Shown one piece after another: positions 1-12,779 of a stretch of DNA of 64,000 nucleotides; the first letter of the stretch is position 1, and each line of letters opens with the position of its first letter. The notes below the pieces were generated by a model. That model was not told the origin of the DNA. It made no database searches and worked only from the letters and a program-made list of their open reading frames with translations. Source of the stretch: Camelus ferus (taxonomy: Eukaryota); contig NC_045699.1 of NCBI RefSeq assembly GCF_009834535.1, positions 67,642,001-67,706,000 on the forward strand, written 5' to 3'. The position numbers and the translations under genes were made by a program.

Positions 1-174
1 CCTTTTAAAAAAATCATTTAAATGATTGGGCAACCCTCTCCTAGAAAATTAATTTTGTTGCAGTTGTGTGAATATTGGTGAATCCTTCTTGTCTTGGGTC
101 TGTCTGGGGATATGGGTCTCACGGGTGGTACTGCCAGCATGCATATCTCTTTGCCTGGCCATCTGTCCCGCCAT

Positions 175-222
175 CTATCCATCCATCTGTCTATCATCCA
201 TCCATCCACCCATTGATCCATC
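175..222 (+). repeat. Degenerate (ATCC)n microsatellite
   Basis: ctatccatccatctgtctatcatccatccatccacccattgatccatc. Confidence 0.7.
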
Positions 223-587
223 GTCTCCCCACAACTGGGATCCGTCTGAGCAGGAATCCTGTCTGATTCATCTCAAAATTCCCTGCCACACCTTCAGAGA
301 GACCCATATGTCATAGAGGCCCAGTAAGTGCCCTAGATGATGATGGAGGTGCTTACTTCTCTCAGCCCTCAGGACCGTGTGTGTTGGAGAGCTGGTGCTG
401 AGAGTAGGGGGCCCACTTGCAGGGCTGGGTGTCATAAATGGGCCCTCAACCTCACATAACCCTCCAGTGTGCTCTCCCAGTTCCCCAACCTCTTGGAAAT
501 CCCTTAGAAGTGGTGGGCAGGGCAGCTTGGGTGGTCCCGCATTTAACAATTTTTCTGGGGTGTGTGTGTCTGTATTTGACTCTACAG

Positions 588-677
588 GTCAGTTTTTGGG
601 TTGTACGAGAAATTCTAACAGCACAGACTTTAAAAATAAGGGCAGAAATCCTGAGCCATTTTGTGAAAATAGCCAAG
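588..677 (+). CDS. RALGPS1: RALGPS1 internal coding exon (RasGEF/CDC25 domain; probably human exon 6 equivalent), phase 0/0
   Basis: ctacag|GTC acceptor and AAG|gtaagt donor; 90 nt encoding [30 protein letters not shown], recognised as RALGPS1 RasGEF sequence. The exon number is from memory. Confidence 0.95.
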
Positions 678-1399
678 GTAAGTGGTTTTATTTATTTTTT
701 TTTCCTTTCCTTTCCTTTCTCTTTTTGTCTCAAAAATCTGTTTCCTCAGTTCTTTGGGAGCTGATTTGCACTGGACCTGCCGGGCAGAGTTCAGACAGGG
801 GACTGTGACCTGATTTCCCCAGACAGAGGCAGCTGTGGACCAGCCTGCTGCCTGCTTGGCCTCCCGGCCCTGGTGCACATGTAGGCACATGCCCTCCACC
901 CCATGATTTTGGCAGCCAATGCTTCTCTTCAGCTGGCCTTTCACAAACTCTCCACGAGGCCCCAGGGGCTACCCTTGGGAGCCGTTTATCCTCCTATTAA
1001 GATGTGCTGGCACTGGGGGTTGATGGATTTCAGTTAGCATCAGTGTTTGCGATACCATCACATCCTGCACAGCTCTATCTCCAGTCAGCAGAACTCACCC
1101 CGCCCCATCCTGCATTTAAGGCCTGGGCCTGATGACTGGGCTGCCCCCAACTCTCACCTCCTGACCCTAGCCTGATAGGGTCGGTCCACGCCAGTTGTTC
1201 GGCACCAGGCTCATGTCTTTACCCCACCTTTCCCCTCCTCTTCCCTCATCTCTACCAGCCCAGGCTGTGATCCCATGGGCCTTCCTGGACCCACTCTCAT
1301 CACTTACATGGTCCTGCCAGCTCCTCGCAGTATCCTGCTCCCGACCACTGGGCTTGCGACTCAGCAGAGCACTGTTCTGCCTGGTTCATGACCTGCTTC

Positions 1400-1427
1400 G
1401 TGTGTGTGTGTGTGTGTGTGTGTGTGT
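1400..1427 (+). repeat. (GT)n microsatellite
   Basis: Uninterrupted gtgtgt run of about 28 nt. Confidence 0.95.
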
Positions 1428-3398
1428 TGTCTTCCCACTCAAATCCTAGGTCAGCTAAACTTTACTGAGGTCTCTTTTAAGCCAGGTGCCATAGCAGCTG
1501 CTTTACAGAAATGATTGTACTCAATGCTCACATTATTGTTACCCCATGTCCAGAGGAGGGAGGGGAGGCTTAGAGAGGTGAGTGTCCCCACCCAGGCGCC
1601 ACAGTGAGTCAGGTGCAGCACGGCTCTCTGCCTTCAGGGGAGCTGCTCTGCTGCTCCTCGTGCGAGGTGAAGCGCATGGGCACCTTGGTGTCCTTGCATT
1701 CTGAGTGCTGGAACCATGCTGGGCTTAGTGACACTTGTCGATGTCGGTGAGTTCATGCCGGGCCAAGAGAGGAAGTGGGATGAAGTTCCGGTCCACCGGG
1801 TGCTTTCAGTTTGGAAATTAGTTTTACAGTTCCCACCCAAGGGATCCCAAGTGATTCCTCCTTAATTTCTGCCATCTTCCAGTGGCGGATCATCATGCTG
1901 GCACTGTGTCCTGGGTGTGTTCTGTGCAAGCCCCCTCCTTTTTCTGGGCCTTGGTTCCCCATCTATAAAATGAAAGGGGTGGATTGGATAATCTCCCAGA
2001 GAATTTTCAGCTCTAAAAGATGTCCTGTGACAGGCATGGCAATTCAGATACAAAGGATGAAATTCAGTTCACTCAGAGGATCTATTCTTTCACACAGGAA
2101 ACAATTAGGGAATGTTACAAGATGCATGAAATGAAGTATTAACTTCTGTGGTAAAGGACGACATCTCTGCATGGGAACGGAGCTGTGAGGACCAGGCATA
2201 AGGGCTTTTCATTCATTTGTTCTTTTTACTAGGCCCTGCTGTGTGCTGTGCTAGGTCCTAGGGATGTGCTGGTAGACACAACTTCATCCCTTCTCTCAGG
2301 GAACACACGGTCCAGGGTGAGAGAGGGGCAGGTAACAGCAAATACAGTCCAGTGTGCTAAGGAGATGTGCAGGCAGGTGTGGGGGAGCATGGTCAGGAAA
2401 GACATACTAGAGGGAGTGGCCTCTGAGCTTGGAAGTCCCCACGACAAGTGATGGAGGGTGGGGTGGGGTTGGGGACAGTCTTCCTGACAAAGAACAAGTA
2501 GCACACATCACACTGAGCGCTCACCCGGGTGCTAGGCACTGGTCTGGGCAGTTTAGGGCACTGTCCCACGTAGCGGAGGTGCCATGAATTCCCTTCCTTG
2601 TTTTAAATATGAAGACGTCAAGTCTCAGAATGATTAGGTAACTTGCCATAGGACACAGAAGTACTGGGAACTGGGATTGGGACCCGGCCTCTTGGTTCCA
2701 TAGTGCCTGCTGGCTCACAGACTTCCCAGGCTCCCGAGAGTAAGAAGTGGGGCCCCGGTCCTGTGAGCAGGTTTCCTTCAGCATAAAACCGAGAACAGAG
2801 CAGTCACATTTTTCTGCATTTACTCTCGCCCATGTCTCCTTCTGTTGCCCTCCTTGGGAAGGAGCTTGTCTGAGACGGAATGAAACCCAAATGTTCTCAC
2901 TAATGTAGGGTCTGGTTCAAAGGAGCGTGGTCTAGTGGCTGGAGCTCCGTCTTCCCAGCTGAGGGGATCATGCAGATTGAGAACATCTTCCCTCCGCCTC
3001 CCTCATTCCAGTGTTACAGTAATCTCAGAAGGCCCACGCTGACGCTGTTGGCACAGCCGGGGCCTCAGTTTACAGAAGCCTGCTGGGACAGCTCAGATTC
3101 ACCTATTAAAAGAGCAGAAAGGATATTATCAGCCCTCACCCCGACCCATGTTTCTGTCCAGCAGCCAGACTAGTCAGCTTAGGAAATTTTGCAAATGTTT
3201 CAGATGCAGACTCACCTTTAGACAATTTGAAAGAAAAAGAGCATATGGTTTCTATGAACTTCCTAGAACTATTTTCTACATGAGATATTTTTAAGTTTAA
3301 TTGAATTTCATAAATATGCCATTTGGTAACACTTGAGCATGTTTGTGTTCTGTTGTTTATAGCAGCAAAATAATCTACCCCATATCTTTTTTTTCCAG

Positions 3399-3491
3399 AA
3401 ACTTCTAGAACTCAACAACCTTCATTCTCTCATGTCTGTGGTGTCCGCATTACAAAGTGCACCCATCTTCAGGCTGACAAAAACCTGGGCT
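3399..3491 (+). CDS. RALGPS1: RALGPS1 internal coding exon (RasGEF domain), phase 0/0
   Basis: tttttttccag|AAA acceptor and GCT|gtaagt donor; 93 nt encoding [31 protein letters not shown], which continues the previous exon in frame and carries the CDC25 NNLHS...SALQS..I.RL..TW motif. Confidence 0.95.
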
Positions 3492-5329
3492 GTAAGTTAA
3501 TCTTCCTAGGTCTATTCCTTTGATTTGATTTCTTTGGTGAAGTTCTTCGTTCCTTAAGCCCCAGAAGGCTTTCTCTGTCCTTGGCCGACGACAGAGGATT
3601 ACTGTGGGTTAATGAAGTGCTCCCTGGGCATCCTCTCTTCCTCAGTGACCTCATCCCCATTTTGGGACAAGGAAATTGTGAGGCTACCGATGTGGCTAGG
3701 GTTGGAAGGCCGCCTAGAGTGGACCTTTCTGGACCTGACAACATCATATGTGATGGCTAGGTCAGTGGCATGACTTCTGCCCTTTGTTCCGAACTGCCCT
3801 TGGGAAGTTTTCTTGGGCTAATGGTTTGCAGCTGCCCTGGGTTGCTGGCCATCCAGTTAAGAGTTTCTCTGGAGAAACCTGTGACCCTCATGTAGGGAAA
3901 AATGATTTTTTTTTTCCTGAAGGCCATGGATAATTTCAGCTCAGAGGTGGAGCCTGATAGTTATATAATTGAGTCTGTAGGAAAGTTTTTCTGCTGTAAA
4001 AATACTTTAAAAATATCTCAGACCTCTTTCTCCTCCTTAGCTTGGCACGGTGCCTGACATGGGGGAAGTAATTGCTATTTCCATAGCTCGTTAGCATTCA
4101 CCTCCGGCCTGCCTGGTCCAGGGTCTCTCGCAGTCACACAGCCCAAGCCTTTCAAGATCTGTTTATGTCCCACGGAACCGAAGGAAACTATATGGAATTG
4201 TCAGCTGTGTTTCTGCAACTCATTTCTGAACTTCTTTCTGCCAGTCTGTGGGGCTGGGCTGTGTTGCAGACTTGGCTGGTTCAGGGGCCTTTAAAATACT
4301 TACGGATTGTGTTGTAGGTGATCAGAATTGAGTCTCGTTTCTTTAAATTGCCATTTTCCATAGATCAGGCCCCAGCAAAGTGGAGCAAGAAGTGTTAGTC
4401 TGGAGTCAGAAAACCGGGTTTGCATTCAGGCACCATGCAGGGTGATTCTGTCTACGCAGAGAGGTTGGCCTGGATCGGTGGTTCTCCATCGGTGCTTCGT
4501 GGAGGTTCCTTGGAGCTGCCTGGGGACCAGCAGGGGCTGAGGGAGAGGAGGGAGGGCGCCGAGCAGACTGCCTGGGCATGGTTTCCACCAGAGCAGCTCT
4601 GTTTCTATTGGTTTTACGTCCTGGGCTTCTGGGTGAACTTCAGTTGAGCAATGGCTTTGGAGGTTGAAAGCAGGTTTGGAAGCCACTGGTCTCTGTGGTT
4701 GCTGCCAGCCCTGTGATGCCCTGAGTCCATCTGAGCCGTGAGGCTTTTTTCAGAAGTTGCTTGGAGATTCTTTCTCATGTGAGTTTTTCATCATTTAGAC
4801 ACTGCTGTTGCTTCTGGGACTGCCAGGAGCCACGTGTGGACTCGGAAGAACGAATGACGATTCTCAGGGTGCACAGACCTTTCTGTCAGTAACACCAGGA
4901 CTCTCAGTGACCCATATAAGCTACACAGTGGGTGAGGGCATCAGGGAGCCAGCCCACGGGGCCGGGGTGGCTAAGGGTCCCACACAGGGATGCCACCCAC
5001 GCAGGGATGGGCAGGGCCCATGCATGAGGCTTTGGCCAGCGTTCCCACAGATGCTGTGCTCTGCCCAAGATGGTGAGGCAATCTTCAGGCCAGGACAGCA
5101 CCCGGGACTGCTCCATGTGGCTTGACAGAGTACAGCTCCAGGGTGGCTGAGTTGCCCCTGCTATTGATGGGTCCTTGCTGCAATGAAAATAAGTCTCCCA
5201 CAGCTCCTCGGAGAGCCTGGAATGCAGTATCTACTCAGGACCCATTTCACAGCATGAGCTTCCTCACCTGACTCCCTTCCAGGCCACGCGAGTTGACTCT
5301 TCTTCCTTACAGATTTGCCAGGCATGTGC

Positions 5330-5465
5330 GATTGTCAGTGTTACAGATGAGGAAACAGGGGCACAGAGAGGTGGGATGACTTATGCAGGTATCCCCAGCT
5401 AAGAGGCAGAGCTGGAGTCAAACCCAAGCAGCCTGGTTCCAGAGTCCCCTCTCTTAACCACCACA
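5330..5465 (-). mobile_element. MIR SINE
   Basis: tacagatgaggaaacaggggcacagagagg...caaacccaagcag is the MIR core in reverse. Confidence 0.75.
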
Positions 5466-7479
5466 CCCCATGCGGCTCAACAAGGACAGTTCCAGCTACC
5501 TCTTGTCACTCAAAACAAGAGAGGGGTCCTGTTTATTTTTTGGTCTCCTCTATGCAAAGTGCTCCAGTGGGAATGTTGAAGATGGGATGTCAGTGCTGCC
5601 CCAGGCCGGTGAGCCTCTGACCTGGCTGTGGCTGCTGCTGGCCTACTTTGGAGCACATCCTGCTTCTGCTGTTAATTTCTGGTAATGAGATTAGCTGGAG
5701 AAATGTTGCCAGAAAAGAACTGTTTACCCTCTCCCCACTTGTCCCTTGATCTGGGAAAGAGAAGTCAGAGGAGGGAACTTAGGGAGGGGGCACATGGCCA
5801 GTGAGCCGGAGGGCTGCAGCCAAGCCTTGCAGCTGCCTTTTGGCCACTTTTTCCTTGGTTAGTCCATGGTTTCTGTTGCTCCTCTAGTCCCCCAGGGCTG
5901 GCCACTGACTTGGACATCTCAGCTGGTGGGAACCAGGGAGAGGACAAGAAGCTGAGATTATGTGTCACCAAAGGACAGGGGCCTAGGGCAGCCACACATC
6001 TGTTCTTTTTCTGAGAAATCTCCCCATTGCCTCCTAAGGGCTGAGAGCCAGGGCTGTTTCCTTGGGTGCAGGGGACCACTTACCAGGGCAGAAGGCGGGG
6101 AGATGCAGTGTCTTAGGCGATAAGAATGGCAACTGCCAGCCATTGTGTCAAGGAGAGAGGAGGTGGCACACAATGTGTGATTACAGCGTGTCATCTCCAA
6201 GGTCAAGTGTGGGGAGCTGTTTGTTCTGGCAAACCCACCATTCAGTCTCTGTTTCATACCAGACTCTCCCCTTTTGCCCACCTGTTCTGTTAGTCCAAGG
6301 ACGGTGGTTGGTGCAGAGCATTTGGAAAATGGAGGGGGCCAAACTCACCATCTTTCTCCTTCATCCGAATACCCCCAGTCCAGTGGAATTGATGACTCCA
6401 GTGTATTCCTGATACTCTCTCTCCCCGTGTCCTGACAGAGCACACAGGGCATCTGCTCTGTGGTGTTGTTTACAGGTCTGCCTCCACCTTTGACTTCCTT
6501 CCTCCATGACGAAGTCTGATTTTTTTCTCTATGTTCCAGGTGCCCAGCTGAGTATATGCTTGTTGTTTGAATCGTATATGTTTGTTGTGCTGAATTGCAT
6601 CCTTCTTTTGCTGCTAATTTCTGGTAGTGAGATTAGCCATAGAAATGTTGCTGTTTCTCCCCTCCCCGCTTGGCCCTTAATCTGGGACTGGTGAGATCTA
6701 TGGGCTCACAGAGCACGGAAGAGCAGACACACCAGCCACAGCAACCAAAGGTCAGTGCTTTGTAGTCTTGGTTTTGCCAAGAAGGTTCCAAGAGTTGCAG
6801 TGATCTGTGCAAGGTCAGGGGGCTGGTGAATGACAGAGCCAATGTGATGTAGCCTTGTCTTGCTGAACACATAGTCCTTGTTCTTGGCCAGTGCTCTGGA
6901 TGGCTTGTCTGTGATGGGCCCTGGTGTTGGAATCAGGCTGAGCACAGGACAGGGAAAGACAGGCACACATACTTCTTGGGAAGCGGGGCTGGAGAAGTGA
7001 GGCTGGCACAACAGACCCCCTGGAGACAGGGTGTGGCCAGCTCCCTGAGTGCTGTCCCTGGGGTTGCATTGAAACCCTGGATATCAGGGAAACCTGGATG
7101 GAAGGGGGTCATATCAGGTGGGAGGAGACCTGTCACTTGGTTTCACCGTGGATGGCCTTCTGTGAGGGCCAGTTGGTGATTAGCTGGCGGGCAGGGCAGC
7201 CTGTTGGCCTGTCCATGGCCGGCGCTGAGTACCAGCAGCTGGGTGAGCTGGAACAGGACAGGGGCTGACGTCGAGCCTAGGCCCGCATATAGTAGGCCCT
7301 CAATAAATACCGGCTGGATGCACAAACATAGAGGGAATCACTTTCTGCTGGCCTGGAAAAGCACAGACAGGGTCTGATTTATCCCAGCACTGGGGCCACT
7401 TTGGAATATTGGCTTCCTCGAAGCTGTGACACCTAAGCAAGAAGCCCTGGCGGCCAGTTCAGATTTCCCAAGCACACGT

Positions 7480-8360
7480 ACCGTGTGGCTCTTATTCATC
7501 CTGCAAATCAAATATTTATCAAATGCCTCCTCCATGCCAGGCCCTGAGGCTACAGTCAAGGCCCCTGTCTTCAAAGGGCTTTTATGTTACCCAGGGGAGA
7601 CAGACACATTATTGAGGGAGAACAAACATGTGCCTCGTCTGACTGGCACAAGATGTGATCGATAACACGTTTGTTAACTGCATGGAGTGATGAACAAAGG
7701 GCTGTCAGATGGGAATGAAAGTGATGCCAGAGACCAGGACAGAGGACGTGATGGGGAATGACTGGGCATTCGGGCGGCCTCTCTGAGAAGATGCCCTTTA
7801 AATTGAGACCTGAGTGACAAAAAGGAGCCAACCACGCCAAGATGAGGGCACAGCCAGTGCAGAGGCCACAGTGGAAGAGACTTGTAGCCCAATGTGGCTG
7901 GAGTGCAGCGGGCCTGGTGGGAGGGGCTGGTGAGGATGCTGTGGTCAGGCAGCGGGGCCCATTGGGAAGGGCTCAGCTGGGAGAGGAGATAGGTTCTAGT
8001 TCAAGTATAGTGAAGGGTTTTAAACAGGAGACAGATGTGATCTGGTTTACAGTTGCTTTTTGTTTTTCCAATTACTGTTTCTACTGTGTGAAAAACAAAT
8101 TGGGTAGGGGTGCCTGGGGGAGCAAGAGTGGAAATGAGGCTGCGTTAGAGGGTTAGGGCAGAATCCAGGAGTGAGTTGATGCTGGCTAGCACTGGAGAGG
8201 TGGCAGTGGACATGGAGAGAAAGAGACTGTTAAGGGAGGTGTTGAAGACAGAGTTGGCAGGATTTATGACGGATGGATGTCAGAAATGAAGAAAAGAAAG
8301 GAATGAAGGGTGGTTCCTAGGTTTGGGGCCTGAGCAGCTGGGAAGAGGGTGAAACCTTTT
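7480..8360 (-). mobile_element. L2 fragment
   Basis: Antisense L2 3' end (ttattcat...aaatatttatcaaatgcc...atgccagg) continuing through gggttttaaacaggag...gatctggttta and ggtttggggcctgagcagctgg. Confidence 0.7.
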
Positions 8361-11300
8361 CTCTAATCAGAGTGGTCCTAAGAGGTGACTGGCTTAAACA
8401 GGAGTGTGACCTGGGGGTATGGAATTCCTGGAGTGTGTGTGAGTCACTCATTAGAGTGTAATCACCGTTGTGTGCTGTGCATCACATGCGCACGCACACA
8501 CACTCTGCTTGTTCTGTGCACGTTCCTGTCATGATGCACTCTTTTTCACTGAGTTGATCCAGAGAGTTTAACTCATCTGCTGCCGCAAAGTGAAAACTGA
8601 AGTACTTGGCAGGGAGGAAATCACAGACGATGGGTCAGGAGGGCCGGTCTGCAGGGTGGTGACCTGGAAGGAGAGCCCTCCTGGGAGCAGGGCTCTCACT
8701 CCCACACATCTAGGGGCACAGGGTCATTGAGCTCTGGGGGTTCAGAGAATGGCCACTTTACAAATATCCTGGGAAGACAGGTGTGCGGCGTTCACGAATT
8801 TCTCTTTTAGTCTTTAATCCAGGAAGTGCCTCTCCTCTCTGCATCCGATACAGTGCCTAGTGCCCCTCCGAAGGCGGTGACAGGTGTGGGCTGCCTGGCT
8901 GAGGTGGGAGGCGAGGGGCAAGGGAAGGCAGAGGAAACTGACATTTGCAGCCTCAGATTACTCACTCCCCAGTCATTCCTTGGGAGCCTGGCCTGCACTG
9001 CTTCTCAGAATTACGAATTCTGATGTTTTCACCCTCATCTTCCCTGACTCTGCCACAGCATTGGCCACTGTCACCTCTTCCCTTAATAATCTCTCTTCGC
9101 CTGGCTTAGTTCTCTCCCTGCATTCTGGCTCCTCCCTGATTGCTTTTATCTCTCTCACCCACTGAGTGTAAGTGTTCTGCAAGGCGCTGACCCCAGCTCC
9201 CAGCTCCCACCTTCCCCAGTCCGTTCCCTGTCCCTGGGGATCTCCCTGGCTTGGAGAGCTTCGTCCATCACCCCTGTGCCCCAGTGGTGGCTACCTCCTC
9301 GCTCACGGCCCAGCCTCTCTCTGGAGCCCTAGCTCCGCGTTCCCACGCCTGCTCCACAGAGCCCTCTGCTTGCATGTTCCTTTGACAGCTCCCCATTGGC
9401 ATTCTGAAATCAGACTTTGGTTTCCAGGAGGTGATGGTGAGTGCCAGGAGACTCTCCCAGCAGACTGTGTTTTGGACTTCGAGGCAGTATGGTAGACTAA
9501 GCTGACAGGGAGTAAGCCCCTCCCTCCCGATTTCCTGCTTCAAACACACAAACACAAATAAACCAAATTAAAAACCAAGAAGCAAAGCTGAACCAGAAGC
9601 CAAGAAAGAGAAGTCACCATGTGCAAGAAATAAGGAATGCTCTCAGATTCAGCACAGTGAGCAGAGTTCAGAGAAAGCGCTGTGTGGAGACCTTTGCAGC
9701 TGGGGGCTGGGGTTCCAATGCCTGCACATGGAGGGGCTGGAATTCAGCTACTGACGGGACTCAGAGAGTCAGCAAGTGTCCCCCCATCAGAAATCTGCCC
9801 AGCCTTGGGGAGCCCCAGGGGAACACGAGTGGAAAAAGTCCTGTGAGAATGCCATCCCAGCCTGTACCTCGGTAGCTGTTGGGTCTCAGTGCACATGACC
9901 TGAATTAGCATGGGGTCCCCAGGGCAAGAACTGAGGGGTCACTGTCCTGTGGAGATTAAGAGCGTGGACGCTTGAATCAGACTCCCGGGCTCAGCCTTGG
10001 CCTTGCCTCTAATGGTAAGGATTATATGAATAAATATATGAAAAAAAATGTCTGGAACCGTGCCTGGCACCCAGTAAGGGCTAGGTAAGTGCTGGCTGCT
10101 TCTGCTGTTACTGCTATTACTTTCAACCCTTCTTGGCTGTTCTCAGATGGGCTGGCAGAGGCTGCCATCCCTGAAAGCCAGGTCCTCTTATTTATGACCT
10201 GATACCATCATCCTCTTCCAGCTGGCCTCACTTCCGGTCTTACTCTCTTCCTCACACCACCCCGGACCCACTGATACACAGCTTGGGTGTTCTCACTTCC
10301 CTGGGTAAAGCCAGTTTTTAGCATTCCCCCTCCCTTTGCTCGATAGAGGGTGTCTGTGCTCACCACTCCTCCAGAGCAGGATGCTCTGATGTAACTATTT
10401 TGATGCCCCCCTTTTTAATCCATCTTTTTAAAATTCATTATACTACTTCTAGTTTTATAATAACAAATATTGTGTCAGTCAGTTTTTCACCATCATTTGG
10501 ATTTTTAACCCTGGACTTCTGCGATCCCTTTGAGTTAGGGAAGATACTGAGCTTGGATGAGAGAGAGGACTGGTGTATCTCAATGAGTGTTTTGGGGGGA
10601 GACTTGCATTTGGGAATGTGGCACTTGATGAAGACTCCTGGGTAGGGAGATTCTTGCAAAGTACGGAGGACACTGTGGAGGCATTTTGGCAATGACAGCA
10701 AATATCAGAGTTTCATACCTACTTCACACCTACTTCCTGATCCTAAAAAACAAACCATAAACCTTTCAGCTGTGGCCAGTGGTGCATCTGCTGCCACCAG
10801 CAACATAGCAACCCAGAGCCCCAAGTCACGTGCAGAAGAGACGCAAGAGTTGGCCAGAGGAATTTCCTGTTCAAACACGGCCATAATCAACTCATTCTTT
10901 CCCCTTGGTTAGTATCCACTGTTCATGCTTAGCTGCTTATGATTGGCACCCTGTCGGCAAGTTGAGTTGGAGTATCCGGAAAAGTAGAATAAGCAGTCAA
11001 ATTGGTCATCACACGTCCACAGGATCCAAAACGGCCAAGTTGAAAGCATACTTTGCCAAATGGCGAGCTTCCATCTCTCTCTTACCTTCCCAGTCTCGTC
11101 CAGGGCAACACTTGCCTACATTTCTGCCGAACTGCTGCTTCCTTGAGCATCCCTGTGTGTTCCTACCTCCAGGCCACTGCTCCTGCATTCTTTGACCTCC
11201 GACACCTCTCCAGCCCTGACTCTGCTGGTTGAAATCCTTCACAGCTCATTTCCAGTACCACCTCTTCCTGGTTCCTCCTTCCCATAATGGAGTGTGTTCT

Positions 11301-11689
11301 CTCCATCTAGAGCCCTCTCAGAATGTTTCTGATTCTTCCTTGTCTTAGCCAGAGTTTTTCAAGGCTCAAGTCAAACAAATGGGGGTACATATTTGGCGTC
11401 TGACTTCTCACCCACACAGATGAACTCTGGACCCAGAATGGGCCCTTGGCAAACTTCCATTCAAGGACCAGTCTCATCCTCTTGGCTCTACTCTTGGGGC
11501 TTTGTGGTGGTGTCTCCTGGGGTTGTCATGAGTGGAATTAGAAAAAAATTTAGCAAAATTATTGGAAACACATGATTAGAATTGACCTACAGAATCATAT
11601 GTTGTGTGTATCTATGCATTGTGAATATATGTATGTGTATATGCATATGTGCATGTAAATTGTTAAAGAATAAATTTTTAAAGGTAAAA

Positions 11690-12700
11690 TCATGACTCAT
11701 ACAAGTATAAAATGAATACTTGTCAGAGGTTTTATTTAACTCATTAATGAGCGAGAGAATCAGTAAGATATTACAACTGTATCATAAGAGAACTGGGAAC
11801 ATTACACTTTTATAGTCAGGTGAAGAATTCTGAAATAGTCTTTTAAATGGATATAAAATTAGTCAGTATTCCCACGGTGATAATCAGTGGGATTCCATGA
11901 AGCATAATTTGCCTTTTTATGGACTGGAATTTTTTGCATTACTGCATTTTCTATAGGTTAACATCTATTGTACAGAGTTTAAAATAGCCTTAGTCAAAGA
12001 CTAATATGGACACTTACTAAATTTCAAAGTCACAATTTCCCCTTATGTTACTTGTAACAGTCTCTATGGCATCTAATATTTTACGTTAGATATATGCCTT
12101 TGTGGCTTAGTTCTCAGAAACCAATAGTTTATATCTAAAGAGGTAAAAATTACTTTTTTTAAAGAACCCTAGTTTCATTCCTTGGTCATTCCATACTCAG
12201 TCTGTTGAATCCACTGGTCCATAGATTATCCCCAGCACTAAAAATTCTTTTCATACCAACGGTAGACACTGGAATTGAAACAGAATTTTGAGTCAGTTTT
12301 AACATATTTGGAGAAACAGGCTCTTTGTTGAAAAGCATTTCCACGTTTCAAGAAATGTTATTCTCTTAAGGCAAGGGAACAAGTTACCAAACTCCTCATA
12401 AAGAGGATTTGGAGGGCCTTTTTTTTTTCTTCCATGAAGACAGCTTCCAGATTTGAACTATTTACCAGAAGAGGGGATTTTTTCATCGTTAATCAAACAC
12501 AAGTACCACTTACAGGCTCTTGGAGCACGATAAGGGAAATCTCCAAAAGCAGCCTGCTCCTTCCGGTATTTGACCAAGATCTGTGATCGTCCTGGCTTTT
12601 GATCCTGTGGCTTATGAATCCCATTTCTCCCTTACAGCTGATACCTGCCACCATGAAAGTGACTTAAAATCATTATGCAGGGACTTGATTTTTACCTTAT
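11690..12700 (-). mobile_element. Degenerate hAT DNA transposon (Blackjack-like) carrying a transposase C-terminal dimerization remnant
   Basis: Minus strand 12347-12186 reads NVEMLFNKEPVSPNMLKLTQNSVSIPVSTVGMKRIFSAGDNLWTSGFNRLSME*, matching the hAT dimerization pattern P.L..L......IP.S....ER.FS....LWT..RNRLS.E. Boundaries are approximate. Confidence 0.65.
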
Positions 12701-12779
12701 AGTTTTTTGTTCACTTTGCATTTGTGGTTATGCCCCTTGTTCAATCCTAGTTTTGTGTATTTCTGCATTTTTGCCTTAT

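Noticed and set aside
5656-5756. H/ACA snoRNA or pre-miRNA interpretation of the duplicated hairpin
   Set aside because: The hairpin is too short for a pre-miRNA, and a consistent second hairpin with properly placed H and ACA boxes is not present in both copies.
6506-6694. 62-aa ATG ORF with a hydrophobic core as a standalone microprotein
   Set aside because: It is intronic with no promoter or transcript evidence and no known homologue. It is retained only as part of the cryptic-exon hypothesis.
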